From sequence record NC_071015.1: a stretch of DNA of 64,000 nucleotides. One strand, given 5' to 3'. The notes beneath the pieces are model-generated. The model saw only the letters and a program-made list of their open reading frames with translations. It was not told the DNA's origin and did no database searches. Shown here piece after piece: positions 63,999-64,000 of this stretch. The first letter of the stretch is position 1. Every line of letters starts with the position of its first letter. Both the position numbers and the translations under genes were made by a program.

Positions 63999-64000
63999 GG

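Noticed and set aside
1-64000. tRNA genes, CRISPR arrays, transposases, DGR/retron elements
   Set aside because: No cloverleaf, regularly spaced repeats, transposase or reverse-transcriptase motifs were seen; intergenic gaps are short and explained by promoters, terminators or small ORFs
1-64000. Genome-wide TAG recoding
   Set aside because: Long genes are intact in the standard code, and other TAG stops (31104, 63067) are followed quickly by another stop; only the 9911 case is suggestive

Overview
64 kb of a phiKZ/SPN3US-like jumbo myophage genome (probably the nucleus-forming Chimalliviridae group; chimallin itself is not in this window). Family calls rest on motifs read by eye and on recalled gene order; no searches were run. 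Core genes: 3' end of the tail tube gene, prohead protease, four subunits of the split virion RNA polymerase (betaN, betaC, beta'N with DFDGD, beta'C), a modular endolysin, a 2422-aa tape-measure protein with a GH19 lysozyme domain, tail tip/hub protein, UvsX, SNF2 helicase, an RNase H-like protein and head proteins with G-x-E maturation sites. Accessory blocks (about 0.6-12.9 kb and 50.5-64 kb) hold many unknown ORFs, exported and membrane proteins, HD and GNAT enzymes, tdk/DHFR/thyA, a GroEL-like chaperonin and a ClpP-like protease. Non-coding signals: a repeated early-promoter-like motif (minus strand TCAG-N4-ATATTA-N5-GTG, 6 copies) and many hairpin terminators. Best leads: (1) an unannotated ribbon-helix-helix-like ORF lacking an in-frame ATG start, in frame behind an amber stop, ending an operon whose promoter lies inside a perfect 10-bp inverted repeat; (2) a putative early ClpP + GroEL operon; (3) three tandem exported paralogs with a conserved Cys pair; (4) apparently inactive protease and RNase H homologs. 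No tRNA, CRISPR array, intron, intein or mobile element was seen.
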